DNA from: Polyangia bacterium
GTDB lineage: Bacteria > Myxococcota_A > Polyangia > Fen-1088
DNA length: 53,103 nt
Reading direction: 5' to 3'
NCBI GenBank assembly: GCA_036498765.1
Contig: DASYEX010000027.1
Location: forward strand, 1 to 53,103
Shown here: positions 19,742 through 28,862 of the stretch, piece after piece
Layout of the letters: each line of letters begins with the position of its first letter
How positions within the stretch are numbered: the first letter of the stretch is position 1
Translations under genes and position numbers: made by a program
The notes under the pieces: model-generated
What the model was told of the DNA's origin: nothing
Seen by the model: only the letters and a program-made list of their open reading frames with translations
The model's database searches: none

Positions 19742-19756
19742 TGCTTACGCGACGAT

Positions 19757-21283
19757 TCAGCTCCCCCGCGGCCGGACATCGAATACGTTGTTACCCCAGG
19801 CCGGCACATCGAGATAGAGCCCCTCGCGCCGGAGCGCGCGCCCATCCCGCTCGTAGCGCTCCTCGCCGAGGAGGTCCGTGAGGGTTAGCACGCCGTCGCC
19901 GAGGCCGTCCAGGCCCAACTCCACGTAGCACTGCCCCTGGGTGGGGCCGAAGTTGACGATCGCCAGCAGGTTCCCGCCGGTGCCTGGGGTGCCTTGCCAG
20001 CTCATGGCGATGAAGTTGTCCCAGGTCCCGTTGCCGCTCCAGGCGGCCCGGCAGGCGCAGAGCCTCCAGGTCCCGGCGTGCGTCTCCGGCCGCTGCAGGC
20101 ATTCGAGCAGCCGGCCGTAGAACGCCCGCAGTCCTTCGTCCGGCTTCTCGGCGGTGCGCCGCGCGAGGTGGATCGAGGCGTGGGCCTTCCGCCCTTCCAG
20201 TTGGCCCTCGTAGAAGAAGCGGAGGCCGGGTGCCAGGAAGGCGATCACGGCGGCGGCGCGGTGGCGCTCGGGCGGGAAAACGGCGGCGGCGCGCGGCTCG
20301 TCGTGGTTCTCGAGGAAGTGCAGGCAGCGGTCGCGGAAGGCGGGATCCGCCGACAGATGCTCGCGTACCGGGCGGGCAGGCCCGTCGCGCAAGCGGTCGT
20401 AGAGGCGCTTGTCGTAGGTGAAGTCGAACCCCTCCTGCTGCAAGGCCCATTCGAGGTCCCAGTAGGCCTCGGCGATGAACAGGAACTCGGGGTGCCGCTT
20501 CTTGATGCGAAGGATCGCCTCGGGCCAGAACGGCGCGTCGACGGGCGGCGTCCCGTCGCGCGGCCGCGCGCGCTCGCCCCAGGTCCGCGCGAACACCGCC
20601 GGCTCCAGCAGCATCGCCATGTCGCAGCGGACGCCGTCGGCGCGCGCGGCGATCCGCCCCAGCTCGGCGATCATCGACTCGCGCAGGCCGCCGTGCCGGT
20701 AGTTGAGCTGCAGCGTATCGCTCCAGCCGGGGAAGTTCGGGTCGCGGCCGTGCGCGAAGATCCGCCGCCCCCGCGACGTCTCGAGCGCGACGTAGTTGTT
20801 CGGCTGGCGGCGGAGATCGTCCTCGCTCCCTTCGATCAGGTACTCGGGGTGACTTTCGACCCAGGGGTGGTCGAGCGCCACGTGGTTGGGGACGAAGTCG
20901 ACGAGCAGGCTCACCCTCCGGCGGCGCAACCTCTCGCGCAACCGTGCCAGCGCCGGCTCGCCGCCGAAGTCGCGGTGGACGTCGTAGCCGACCACCGCGA
21001 ACGGCGAGCCGACGATGTCGGACTCGCGCACGTCCGAGAGATCGGCCCCCAGATCCGTCCGCCGCGCCGGATCGCGCGAGCTCGCCAGACCGGCGGCGCC
21101 CGTCTGCCAGACGCCCAGCATCCAGATCCAGGCCATCCCGCGCGCGGCGGCCTCGTCGAACAGGCTATCGGGCAGGTCGTCGAGCGTCGCGGGGCGCCCG
21201 CGCGCCGCTCCCGTCTCCGTCACCAGAACCCGGGTGTTGAGTTGATAGAGAACCGGGAACCTGGAACGCCCAGCGTCTGTCAT
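19757..21283 (-). CDS. alpha-amylase-family (GH13-like) glycosyl hydrolase
   Basis: LLVDFVPNHVA, GVRCDMAMLL, FIAEAYWD, FLENHDEPR correspond to GH13 conserved regions I-IV. Confidence 0.85.
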   Translation of the reverse strand: MTDAGRSRFPVLYQLNTRVLVTETGAARGRPATLDDLPDSLFDEAAARGMAWIWMLGVWQTGAAGLASSRDPARRTDLGADLSDVRESDIVGSPFAVVGYDVHRDFGGEPALARLRERLRRRRVSLLVDFVPNHVALDHPWVESHPEYLIEGSEDDLRRQPNNYVALETSRGRRIFAHGRDPNFPGWSDTLQLNYRHGGLRESMIAELGRIAARADGVRCDMAMLLEPAVFARTWGERARPRDGTPPVDAPFWPEAILRIKKRHPEFLFIAEAYWDLEWALQQEGFDFTYDKRLYDRLRDGPARPVREHLSADPAFRDRCLHFLENHDEPRAAAVFPPERHRAAAVIAFLAPGLRFFYEGQLEGRKAHASIHLARRTAEKPDEGLRAFYGRLLECLQRPETHAGTWRLCACRAAWSGNGTWDNFIAMSWQGTPGTGGNLLAIVNFGPTQGQCYVELGLDGLGDGVLTLTDLLGEERYERDGRALRREGLYLDVPAWGNNVFDVRPRGS

Positions 21284-21304
21284 GGCGCCGCAGCAAGCTA
21301 ATCA

Positions 21305-22945
21305 CTATTTGCTGGCGGCGTGGGCGGGCGGGTTTTGCAGCCAGGCACCGAGCGCGTCGATCAGCGTCTCGGGCGTCAGACGGTCGAACTGTGTGACCAG
21401 CCAGCCCATCGCCTCGGTGTGGCGCTGCGCGCGCAGCAGGGCCTTGAAACCGAGGAGGCCCAGCGCCGGATCGTTCATGAGCGGCTCCAGCTCCTTGACG
21501 TCCGCGTCGGCGTAGACGATCCGGCGGGCCTCGGCTGAGGCATAAGGGTCTTTCTTCACGGAGGCGGCCGCCGCTTGAAACAGGCCCCGTCCCGCCTGGT
21601 CCGTCCGCTCGGCCAGCGCCGCCAGCACCGGCATCCGCAGCTCCGGATCGGGGCGCTTCTGAAGCTTGGCGAGGAGATCGAGCGAGCCGGCCGAGGTCTC
21701 CTTGCCCAGCTCCGGCGCCATCGCCACCAGGGGCTGCACCTCGCGCGCCTTGACCAGCGGCAGCACGAAATCGTGGGCCAGGTCGCCCGCGGCGCGGATG
21801 AGCCCGGCGGCGGCCGCGGCGCGCACCTCGACCGAGGGATCCTTGACCAGCGGCGACAGGCGATAGAGCGTCGGACGTCCGCCGCCCGGACGCGCGAACG
21901 CCGTCGCCCCGGCGGCCCGCAGGTGCGCGTCGCTGTCGCCTAGCGCGTTCAGCGCCGGGCGTCGCGCGCTGGTCGGGCTGACGACGGCCAGCGTCCTCAG
22001 GATCTCCGCGCGCAGGGGGACGGGGAGGGCGTCCAGCTTGTAGAGATCGCCCAGCTCCGCCACGCAGGGCGACCCGGCGGGCAGCTCGGTCCCGGACACC
22101 TCAAACACCCGCGCCGCGTGGAGGATCCCCTCGGTGTCCGTCGGCTTGAGGCGCGGCCGCACCAGGGCGCAGAGATCGACCTTCGCCGACGCCAGCGCCG
22201 GTGCGGCGAGCGCCAGCGTCTCGGGCCGTCCGAGCGCCGGCTTCAGCCGATCGACGGCGCGCGTGTCCCCCGCGCGAACCAGCGCCGCGGCGGCGCGCGC
22301 GTCGAGCGCCGGGTCAGGCTGCGGCCGGGTCAGCCAGGCGTGGGCGAAGGTCGACATCGCGCCGGTGTCGCCGGAGCGCGTGTAGCGCGCGACCCGCAGC
22401 AGCGCCTCCTTGATGCGTCCCTGGATAAACAGCCGGGGGAGCGCCTCGCCGAGCGGGGCTTCGACCCGGCGGACCTGGCCGCCCGAGCAGAGGCGCGCGT
22501 CGCGCGCAAAGATCCACCGGAAGTGCGCCACGCCGTCATCGCCGTAGGTGTCGATGGGCGGGACCGGAAAGGGGCGATCTCCCTTCACCGCCGCGACGGC
22601 GGCCTGATCGAAGGCCGGGACGCCCGAGCTCTGGCTGACCGTCACCTCGGCGGGGCTGCCGTCCCAGCGGACCGTGAACAGGATCTCGGCCTCGAGCCTC
22701 GGGTTATTGAGGGGATCGCTGGGCGGCCGCTTGTCCGCGACCAGCTGGATGAACTGGAAATCCCACCGGAAGTGGATGATCCGGTGGATCGTGCGCAGAT
22801 AGTCCCCCTCCGCGCCGGTCGCGGTGATGGGCGGCTCCTCCTTCGGCGCGGCGGCGCCGGGGCGCGGGGCCAGCACGGTCGCCAGCAGCAGACCGAGTGC
22901 GAACGCGCGAAATCGGAGCATAGTCACGGGGGGATGTCGGGACAT
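21305..22945 (-). CDS. secreted TonB-C-terminal-like domain protein fused to HEAT/armadillo-like repeats
   Basis: Track ORF 21305..24292 is a run-through. Real start is ATG at 22945 or 22921 (MLRFRAFALGLLLATVLA signal). YLRTIHRIIHFRWDF...EAEILFTVRWDGSPAEVTVSQSSGVPAFDQAAVAAVKG is TonB_C-like. The rest is helical repeats rich in Ala/Leu/Arg. Confidence 0.65.
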   Translation of the reverse strand: MSRHPPVTMLRFRAFALGLLLATVLAPRPGAAAPKEEPPITATGAEGDYLRTIHRIIHFRWDFQFIQLVADKRPPSDPLNNPRLEAEILFTVRWDGSPAEVTVSQSSGVPAFDQAAVAAVKGDRPFPVPPIDTYGDDGVAHFRWIFARDARLCSGGQVRRVEAPLGEALPRLFIQGRIKEALLRVARYTRSGDTGAMSTFAHAWLTRPQPDPALDARAAAALVRAGDTRAVDRLKPALGRPETLALAAPALASAKVDLCALVRPRLKPTDTEGILHAARVFEVSGTELPAGSPCVAELGDLYKLDALPVPLRAEILRTLAVVSPTSARRPALNALGDSDAHLRAAGATAFARPGGGRPTLYRLSPLVKDPSVEVRAAAAAGLIRAAGDLAHDFVLPLVKAREVQPLVAMAPELGKETSAGSLDLLAKLQKRPDPELRMPVLAALAERTDQAGRGLFQAAAASVKKDPYASAEARRIVYADADVKELEPLMNDPALGLLGFKALLRAQRHTEAMGWLVTQFDRLTPETLIDALGAWLQNPPAHAASK

Positions 22946-22978
22946 CGAACGCGAACCGAGAGAGGTTACCCCCGACGG

Positions 22979-24307
22979 ATGCGCGCCGTCTATGCGATCT
23001 GTCTCGGTGCGCTGGTCGGCGCCGGGGTGGTGGTGGCCCGCCGTTGGGTGCGCGCCGCCGCCTCTACCTCCTCTCCGGCCGCGCCCGACGTTCCGCCCTT
23101 CTTCGACTACCGCCACCAGCGGCCGGGCGCCTCGCACGAGATTACCGTCGCCGATCTGCCGCCCCCGCGCGAGGCCGAGTCGATCGACAACGGCGCCCAC
23201 ATGGTCCCCCGGCCGGCCGATGCCTGGCCTTCGGCGCCGGTGGGGTTCGAGGTCGACCTCTACGCGGACGGGCTCGACAACCCCCGGCTCATCCGCACGG
23301 CGCCCAACGGCGATCTGTTCGTCGCCGAGAGCGAGCCCGGGCAGATCCGCGTCCTGCGTGGCCTGGCAGCCGGAGGCCGGGCCGCCCAGCGCGAGCGATT
23401 CGCCACCGGCCTCAACAAACCGTTCGGGCTGGCGTTCTATCCGCCGGGGAAAGATCCGCAGTGGCTCTACGTCGGCGACACCGACGCGGTGGTCCGGTTT
23501 CCGTACCGCAACGGCGATCTGCACGCGCGCGGCCCCTTCGAGAAGGTGGCCGAGCTCCCGGGCGGCGGGCGCTTGCGCGGTGGCGGGCACTGGACGCGCG
23601 ACCTCGCCTTCTCGCTCGACGGCCAGACGCTGTTCGCGTCGGTCGGGTCGCGCTCGAACGTCGACGACCCCGACCTGCACCCCGCCGAATTTCATCGGGC
23701 CGACATCCTGGCCTTTGATTCCGGCGGCGGGCACGAACGCGTCTTCGCCTGGGGGATCCGCAATGCCGTGGGAATCGCGGTCCACCCGACGAGCGGCGAG
23801 CTGTGGGCCTCGGTCAACGAGCGCGACCGGCTGGGCGACAACCTGGTCCCCGACTACATCACCCACGTCGAGCCGGGCGGCTTCTACGGCTGGCCCTGGT
23901 ACTACATCGGCGGGCACCCGGATCCGCGCCTCGGCGGCCGGCGCCCGGAGCTGGCGGCGAAGGTCATCGTACCCGACGTCCTGTTGCAGCCGCACGACGC
24001 TTCGCTGCAGATGACGTTCTACGGCGGCCAACAATTCCCTGCGGACTACCGGGGTGACATCTTCGCCGCCGAGCACGGGTCGTGGAACCGCCACCGGCGC
24101 TCGGGCTACGAGGTGGTGCGGGTGCCGATGCACGGCCGCGCGCGCGCGAGCGGCGGGTACCAGGACTTTCTGACCGGCTTCGTGACGGCCAACGGCGACG
24201 TCTGGGGCCGCCCGGTCGGCGTGGAGGTCGCCGCGGACGGGGCGCTGATGGTCTCCGACGACGGCACCAACTCGATCTGGCGCGTCAGCCACGTCGGCGG
24301 CAAATGA
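22979..24307 (+). CDS. PQQ-dependent sugar (glucose/sorbosone) dehydrogenase family beta-propeller
   Basis: Start ATG 22979 (alternative 22934). NPRLIRTAPNGDLFVAES, GHWTRDLAFSLDG, WGIRNAVGIAVHP, GGFYGWPWYY, GRPVGVEVAADGALMVSDD. Confidence 0.8.
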   Translation: MRAVYAICLGALVGAGVVVARRWVRAAASTSSPAAPDVPPFFDYRHQRPGASHEITVADLPPPREAESIDNGAHMVPRPADAWPSAPVGFEVDLYADGLDNPRLIRTAPNGDLFVAESEPGQIRVLRGLAAGGRAAQRERFATGLNKPFGLAFYPPGKDPQWLYVGDTDAVVRFPYRNGDLHARGPFEKVAELPGGGRLRGGGHWTRDLAFSLDGQTLFASVGSRSNVDDPDLHPAEFHRADILAFDSGGGHERVFAWGIRNAVGIAVHPTSGELWASVNERDRLGDNLVPDYITHVEPGGFYGWPWYYIGGHPDPRLGGRRPELAAKVIVPDVLLQPHDASLQMTFYGGQQFPADYRGDIFAAEHGSWNRHRRSGYEVVRVPMHGRARASGGYQDFLTGFVTANGDVWGRPVGVEVAADGALMVSDDGTNSIWRVSHVGGK

Positions 24308-24329
24308 GCCGCGTCAGGGCCTGCGGGCC

Positions 24330-25586
24330 TCAGTTCTTCGATGGCGGCAGTGGCGTGACGATGCCGGTGCCGGCGCAGTTTTCGACCAATCCCACGACCG
24401 CGTCCCGCGGATCGGCCGAATAGGCATAGGGGAGCGAGATCATCGCCTGCGCGGTCAGCACCGCGGTCCCGTCGCTGGCATCGGTCTGGTTGTTGACGAG
24501 ATCGACGCTGCCGGCGGACGCGGACGAGAGCATCGTCGTGACCCATCCAAAGTCGGAGTCGTCCTGAGGCGGCGGCGCCACGTTCTGGAAGACGCTGTTC
24601 TCGATCAGAGTGTTCGCGCCATCGATCGAGGCGACCCCGTAATTGGCGACGTCCTCGAAGAATGCGTTGAGCACGTGGATGGTTCCGAAGCGGACGCGCG
24701 GGCCCGTCAGCACGTTGTTGAACCAGTCGTGGTCGTAGGTGACGTGGTTCTTGCTCGCGTCCTGGGCGGCCGCGGCGCTGCTGTCGGACCGGCCGACCAG
24801 GCCGGTGTCGCCGTGATCGTGGTAGCGGGTCCAGGAGACGGTCACGAAGTCGCTGCCGTCGGAGATGTCGACGAGGCCGTCGTAGGCCGGGGTGGCGGTC
24901 GGACCGTTTGACGAAAGGTCGCAGTGATCGACCCAGATCTGGTGCGACGTCTCGATGTGAATGGCGTCGACGTTGTCGCCGGCGTCGTCGCTGTTGGGCC
25001 TGTCGATCACCAGGTTCCGCAGGATCACGTTGTTGACGCTGGTCAACGTGATCCCTCCGCCCGTGAACCCGGACGCATCGCCGACGCCGGCGACGGTCTT
25101 GTTCGACGACACGCGGATCTTCTGGACGTCGCCGCTTCCTCCGTCGGGAGGGGGCGGGATGGCGATCATTCCGTCGATCAGGATCGTCAGCGGCCCCGGC
25201 ATCTTGTCGCTGGCGTACATCGAGAACTCAGCCAGCGCATCGGCGTCGCTGGCGTCCACCGTGACCTGCATGCCTGAGCCACCGCCGGTCACGCCGCCAC
25301 TGACCTGTAGGTTGGGCATCCCGGCGGTGCCTCCGTCCCACTCGCCGCCGAGGTCGCTCATCGTCGCGAAGCCAACGGGCGGGTTGTCGGGGCAGACGCC
25401 GCTGAACGCGTCGGGTGTCACGGACGTGTCCTTCTTGACCGGCGTGTCGGTGACGATCGGGGCGTCGATGTGGCCACCGTCGGTCCCGGGACCGGCGCCG
25501 AAGGGGTGCAGGTCTCCGTTACACGCGGTCGCGAGCAGCGCGGCGATGGCTATCCCACCGGAGATCGGGGAAAGGAGACACCGCAC
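24330..25586 (-). CDS. pectate lyase, PL1 family, lipoprotein
   Basis: Lipobox AALLATAC. DAIHIETSHQIWVDHCDLS, DGLVDISDGSDFVTVSW, GPRVRFGTIHVLNAFF (vWiDH and RxPxxR signatures). Confidence 0.9.
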   Translation of the reverse strand: MRCLLSPISGGIAIAALLATACNGDLHPFGAGPGTDGGHIDAPIVTDTPVKKDTSVTPDAFSGVCPDNPPVGFATMSDLGGEWDGGTAGMPNLQVSGGVTGGGSGMQVTVDASDADALAEFSMYASDKMPGPLTILIDGMIAIPPPPDGGSGDVQKIRVSSNKTVAGVGDASGFTGGGITLTSVNNVILRNLVIDRPNSDDAGDNVDAIHIETSHQIWVDHCDLSSNGPTATPAYDGLVDISDGSDFVTVSWTRYHDHGDTGLVGRSDSSAAAAQDASKNHVTYDHDWFNNVLTGPRVRFGTIHVLNAFFEDVANYGVASIDGANTLIENSVFQNVAPPPQDDSDFGWVTTMLSSASAGSVDLVNNQTDASDGTAVLTAQAMISLPYAYSADPRDAVVGLVENCAGTGIVTPLPPSKN

Positions 25587-25668
25587 ATCTACATACTACC
25601 TGGGCCGCGGCTTTGGCGAAGGTGAACCGCGCCGGGGGGCAGGGGACACTCACGGGCGGTAGGGCCAA

Positions 25669-26493
25669 ATGTCTCTTCAAGCAGGAATGGGGCGACCGAT
25701 GCGTATCTCGCGAGATCCCCAGAGTGTGCGGACAACGCAGCGCGCCTTCCGGCGCCCCGCCGATCCGGCGGCGACAAGAAATGGCACCCCGGGTAGACTA
25801 CTCAACGTGCCGTCCCCCACCGGCCTGCGCGCCGACGGCCGTGAGCTGCCGCCGGCTCCGGTCGCGAAAGAGCCGCCGAAGCCGTCGCTTCCGGTGGCGG
25901 CTGCGCAGCCCTACGCCGACGACGCCGAGCTGGTGGCGGCGCTGCGGCGTGGTGAGACGCGGGCCCGGACCATCCTCGTCGAGCGGTACGAGCCACTGGT
26001 CGAACGGCTGGTGGCCGGCGCCCTGGGCATCGACGCCGAGATCCCGGACGTGGTCCAGGACGTCTTCGTGGCGGTGCTCGAGGGGATTCACAACCTCAAG
26101 GATGCGGCCGCGCTGCGCAGCTGGATCGCCACGCTGACCGTGTTCACGGCGCGCGGGCGGATTCGCCGCCGGCGGCGCTGGCGCTGGATCCGCTTCGTGG
26201 CGCCCGAGGAGGTGCCGGAGGTGCCGGTGGCCGCGCCGCAGGGGGAGACCACCGAGGCGGTGCGCGCGACCTACACGATCCTGGCGACGTTTCCGGCCGA
26301 CGAGCGGCTGGCCTTCTCTCTCCGGTTCGTCTCGGAGATGCAGCTCACCGAGGTGGCGGCCGCCTGCCGCGTGTCGCTGGCGACGGTCAAGCGGCGGCTG
26401 GCGCGCGCCGAGAAGAGGTTCGTGGAAGCGGCGAAGTCACATCCGGCCCTTTCGGACCGGATGGCGCGCGGCGGGCGGTGGGGCGAGACATGA
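25669..26493 (+). CDS. ECF-type RNA polymerase sigma factor
   Basis: Region 2 (LVERYEPLVERLVAGALG...VQDVFVAVLEG) and region 4.2 HTH (QLTEVAAACRVSLATVKRRLARA). Start uncertain: in-frame candidates are ATG 25669/25687/25699 and GTG 25807/25894. Confidence 0.85.
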   Translation: MSLQAGMGRPMRISRDPQSVRTTQRAFRRPADPAATRNGTPGRLLNVPSPTGLRADGRELPPAPVAKEPPKPSLPVAAAQPYADDAELVAALRRGETRARTILVERYEPLVERLVAGALGIDAEIPDVVQDVFVAVLEGIHNLKDAAALRSWIATLTVFTARGRIRRRRRWRWIRFVAPEEVPEVPVAAPQGETTEAVRATYTILATFPADERLAFSLRFVSEMQLTEVAAACRVSLATVKRRLARAEKRFVEAAKSHPALSDRMARGGRWGET

Positions 26494-27773
26494 ACGGGGA
26501 ATCGAATATGAACGGCGAGCTCGAATCATTGATGCGCGACGTGGGTCGCGTCGTGGAAGGCGACGCGCGACGCCGCAACATTCTTCCGCGGGTCCAGGCG
26601 GCGCTGGCGGCGCGCGAGCTCCGGCGGACGAGCCCGGCGCGCGCGCTTGGCCGCTGGACCTTTGCGGTCGGCGGGATGGCCGCCTGCGCGGCTGCGGCCT
26701 GGTTGTTTCTCAGCCCGGGCGTCGTGTCCTACGCGGTCTCTGGCGTGGGCGAGGGCGCGATCGGTACCGCGCTGGTCGCGCCCGCGAGCGCGCCCATGGA
26801 GCTGCGCTTTTCGGACGGTTCGGCGGTCACGCTGCCGCCGCGGGCGTCGGCGCACGTCGACGCCCTGACCCACGACGGCGCGACGGTGGCGATCGAAGGC
26901 GGAACGCTGGAGGTTTCGGTCATCCACCGCGCCCACACGCACTGGCAGGTGCGGGCCGGTGGCTACCACATCCAGGTGACCGGCACCCGCTTCGCGGCCG
27001 GCTGGGACGCCAAGGCGCGGGCGCTCACCGTGTCGATGCACGAAGGGTCGGTGCTGGTGACCGGGCCGGGCATCAAGGAGCCCATTCGCGTGGTCACCGG
27101 CCAGCGGCTGCGCGCCAGCGCGAGCGGCGCCGACCTGGGGCTCGAGGGCGCGCCCCTGCCGCCGCCCGAGGTCGAGGTGGCGCCGCCCGCGCCTCCGGCA
27201 CCCGCGATTCGTGAGCCGTCGCTGGCGCCGCCGCCGGCGGAGCTCCCGCCGCCGGTCGAGCGAGCGGCCGCGCCGCGGCCCCGCCACGTCGAGGCGGTCG
27301 CCACCCACACGCCGCCCGCCGCCGACTGGCGCGTCGAGGCGTCCCGCGCACAGTATCGCGAAGCGCTCGCCGCGGCCGTGCTCGAGGGGTGGCGCGCGGA
27401 GTGCGCGCGTCTCGGCCCCGAGGATCTGGTCCTGCTCGGCGACGTCGCCCGTCTGGCCGGTGACGAGGACCGCGCCGAGGAGGCCTACCGGTCGGCGCGC
27501 CGCCGGTTCCCCGCCGCCGACCGCCCGACCTTCGCGCTCGGCCTCATCGCGTTCGAGGGGCGCCACAACTACAAGATGGCGGGCGATCTCTTCGCCAACT
27601 ACCTGCGATCGTTCCCGCACGGTCCGCTGGCGCGCGAGGCGGCCGGCCGCCTCATCGAATCGCGGATCAAGGCGGGCGACGACGGCCAGGCCCGGCAGGC
27701 GGCCGCGGCCTACCTCCACGACTTCCCCGGCGGGCCGCACGCCGCACTGGCCAGACGCACGGTCGGTCCGTGA
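26490..27773 (+). CDS. FecR-domain anti-sigma factor with Pro-rich spacer and C-terminal TPR-like domain
   Basis: ATG 26490 overlaps the sigma stop (ATGA). Single TM WTFAVGGMAACAAAAWLFL. FecR core LRFSDGSAVTLPP...IQVTGTRFAAGWD...VSMHEGSVLVTG. Pro-rich 27130-27290. Confidence 0.85.
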   Translation: MNGESNMNGELESLMRDVGRVVEGDARRRNILPRVQAALAARELRRTSPARALGRWTFAVGGMAACAAAAWLFLSPGVVSYAVSGVGEGAIGTALVAPASAPMELRFSDGSAVTLPPRASAHVDALTHDGATVAIEGGTLEVSVIHRAHTHWQVRAGGYHIQVTGTRFAAGWDAKARALTVSMHEGSVLVTGPGIKEPIRVVTGQRLRASASGADLGLEGAPLPPPEVEVAPPAPPAPAIREPSLAPPPAELPPPVERAAAPRPRHVEAVATHTPPAADWRVEASRAQYREALAAAVLEGWRAECARLGPEDLVLLGDVARLAGDEDRAEEAYRSARRRFPAADRPTFALGLIAFEGRHNYKMAGDLFANYLRSFPHGPLAREAAGRLIESRIKAGDDGQARQAAAAYLHDFPGGPHAALARRTVGP

Positions 27774-28804
27774 TCCGGCGCGGCGGCGCGCAGGCCGCCG
27801 TAGCCGTGGCCTTCGCGCTGCTGGCCCTGGCGGCGCCCGCGCGTGGCGCGCTCGACGTCCCCGGCGTGCCGAACGGCCCGCTGCGGGTCGCGCTCTTCTC
27901 GACCACGCCCGACGATCCGCTGGCCGGTCGGATCGAAGCCGAGCTGGGCACCATCGGGATCGACGTCGCGCGCGCCGTCGTCTCGCCGGGCGCCCGGATC
28001 GAGGCGCAGGTTCGCGCGGCCATCGCGGGCGGCGCGCGCGCGGTGATCGTGGCGGACGGCCACCGCACCGACGTCTGGATCTCGGACCCGGGCTCCACGC
28101 GCATCGGCCTGCGCCAGGAGCTGGAGGTCGACCAAGACTCCGGGCAGCAGGCGGTGCTGGCGTTGCGCACCGTCGAGTTTCTGCGAATCAGCCTGGGGCT
28201 GGTGGCCGAGCCCGCGGTCCCTCCCCCGGTGCGGACGCGGCCGGCCGCCGTTGCGCCCGTGGTCCCGGAGGTGCCCAAGCCGGCGCGCTGGTTCGACGCC
28301 AGCGCATCGGCGGGCGCGTTGGCGGTGACCGGCGGCGGCGGCACCATCGCCATCGCCGGGCTGAGCCTGCGCGCGCAGCTCGCCGGGATGGTCGGCGCCG
28401 AGCTGAGCGCCTACGCGCCCCTCAGCGAGGCGACGTTGACCACCGCCGACGGGGAGGCGGGCACGTCGGCCTGGATGGCAGGCGGCGGAATCCTGCTCGC
28501 GCCGCGCTTCGATCAGCGGATCTCCTTCGAGGTCGCGGCGGGATCACTCATCACGATCGTGCGCTCGCGCGGCGTCACCGCCGCGACCACTTATCCCCCC
28601 GGGACCGACTCTGTGACGCGCGCGGCGATCTACGGACGCGTCGCCGCCCGGCTGCGCCTCTTGCCCCGGCTGGCGCTCCGCCTCGACCTTTACGGCGGGG
28701 GCATCATCCGGGCGCCGCATATCGTCGTCCCCGCGACGATGCAGGTGGCAACCTGGGGGCCGGGATTCGCCGCCGGGACGGGGGCCGCCGAGGTCACCTT
28801 CTAA
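27770..28804 (+). CDS. secreted protein: small N-domain, Pro-rich linker, C-terminal beta-barrel-like domain ending in Phe
   Basis: GTG overlaps the anti-sigma stop (GTGA). Signal AVAVAFALLALAAPARG. Linker AEPAVPPPVRTRPAAVAPVVPEVPKP. Alternating-strand C-terminal half ending AAEVTF (OMP beta-signal-like). Confidence 0.6.
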   Translation: MIRRGGAQAAVAVAFALLALAAPARGALDVPGVPNGPLRVALFSTTPDDPLAGRIEAELGTIGIDVARAVVSPGARIEAQVRAAIAGGARAVIVADGHRTDVWISDPGSTRIGLRQELEVDQDSGQQAVLALRTVEFLRISLGLVAEPAVPPPVRTRPAAVAPVVPEVPKPARWFDASASAGALAVTGGGGTIAIAGLSLRAQLAGMVGAELSAYAPLSEATLTTADGEAGTSAWMAGGGILLAPRFDQRISFEVAAGSLITIVRSRGVTAATTYPPGTDSVTRAAIYGRVAARLRLLPRLALRLDLYGGGIIRAPHIVVPATMQVATWGPGFAAGTGAAEVTF

Positions 28805-28862
28805 GCAGGGACATCAGTCGGGTCTGAGCCGCCGCGGCCCGGCGCGAACACTGATTCGACGC

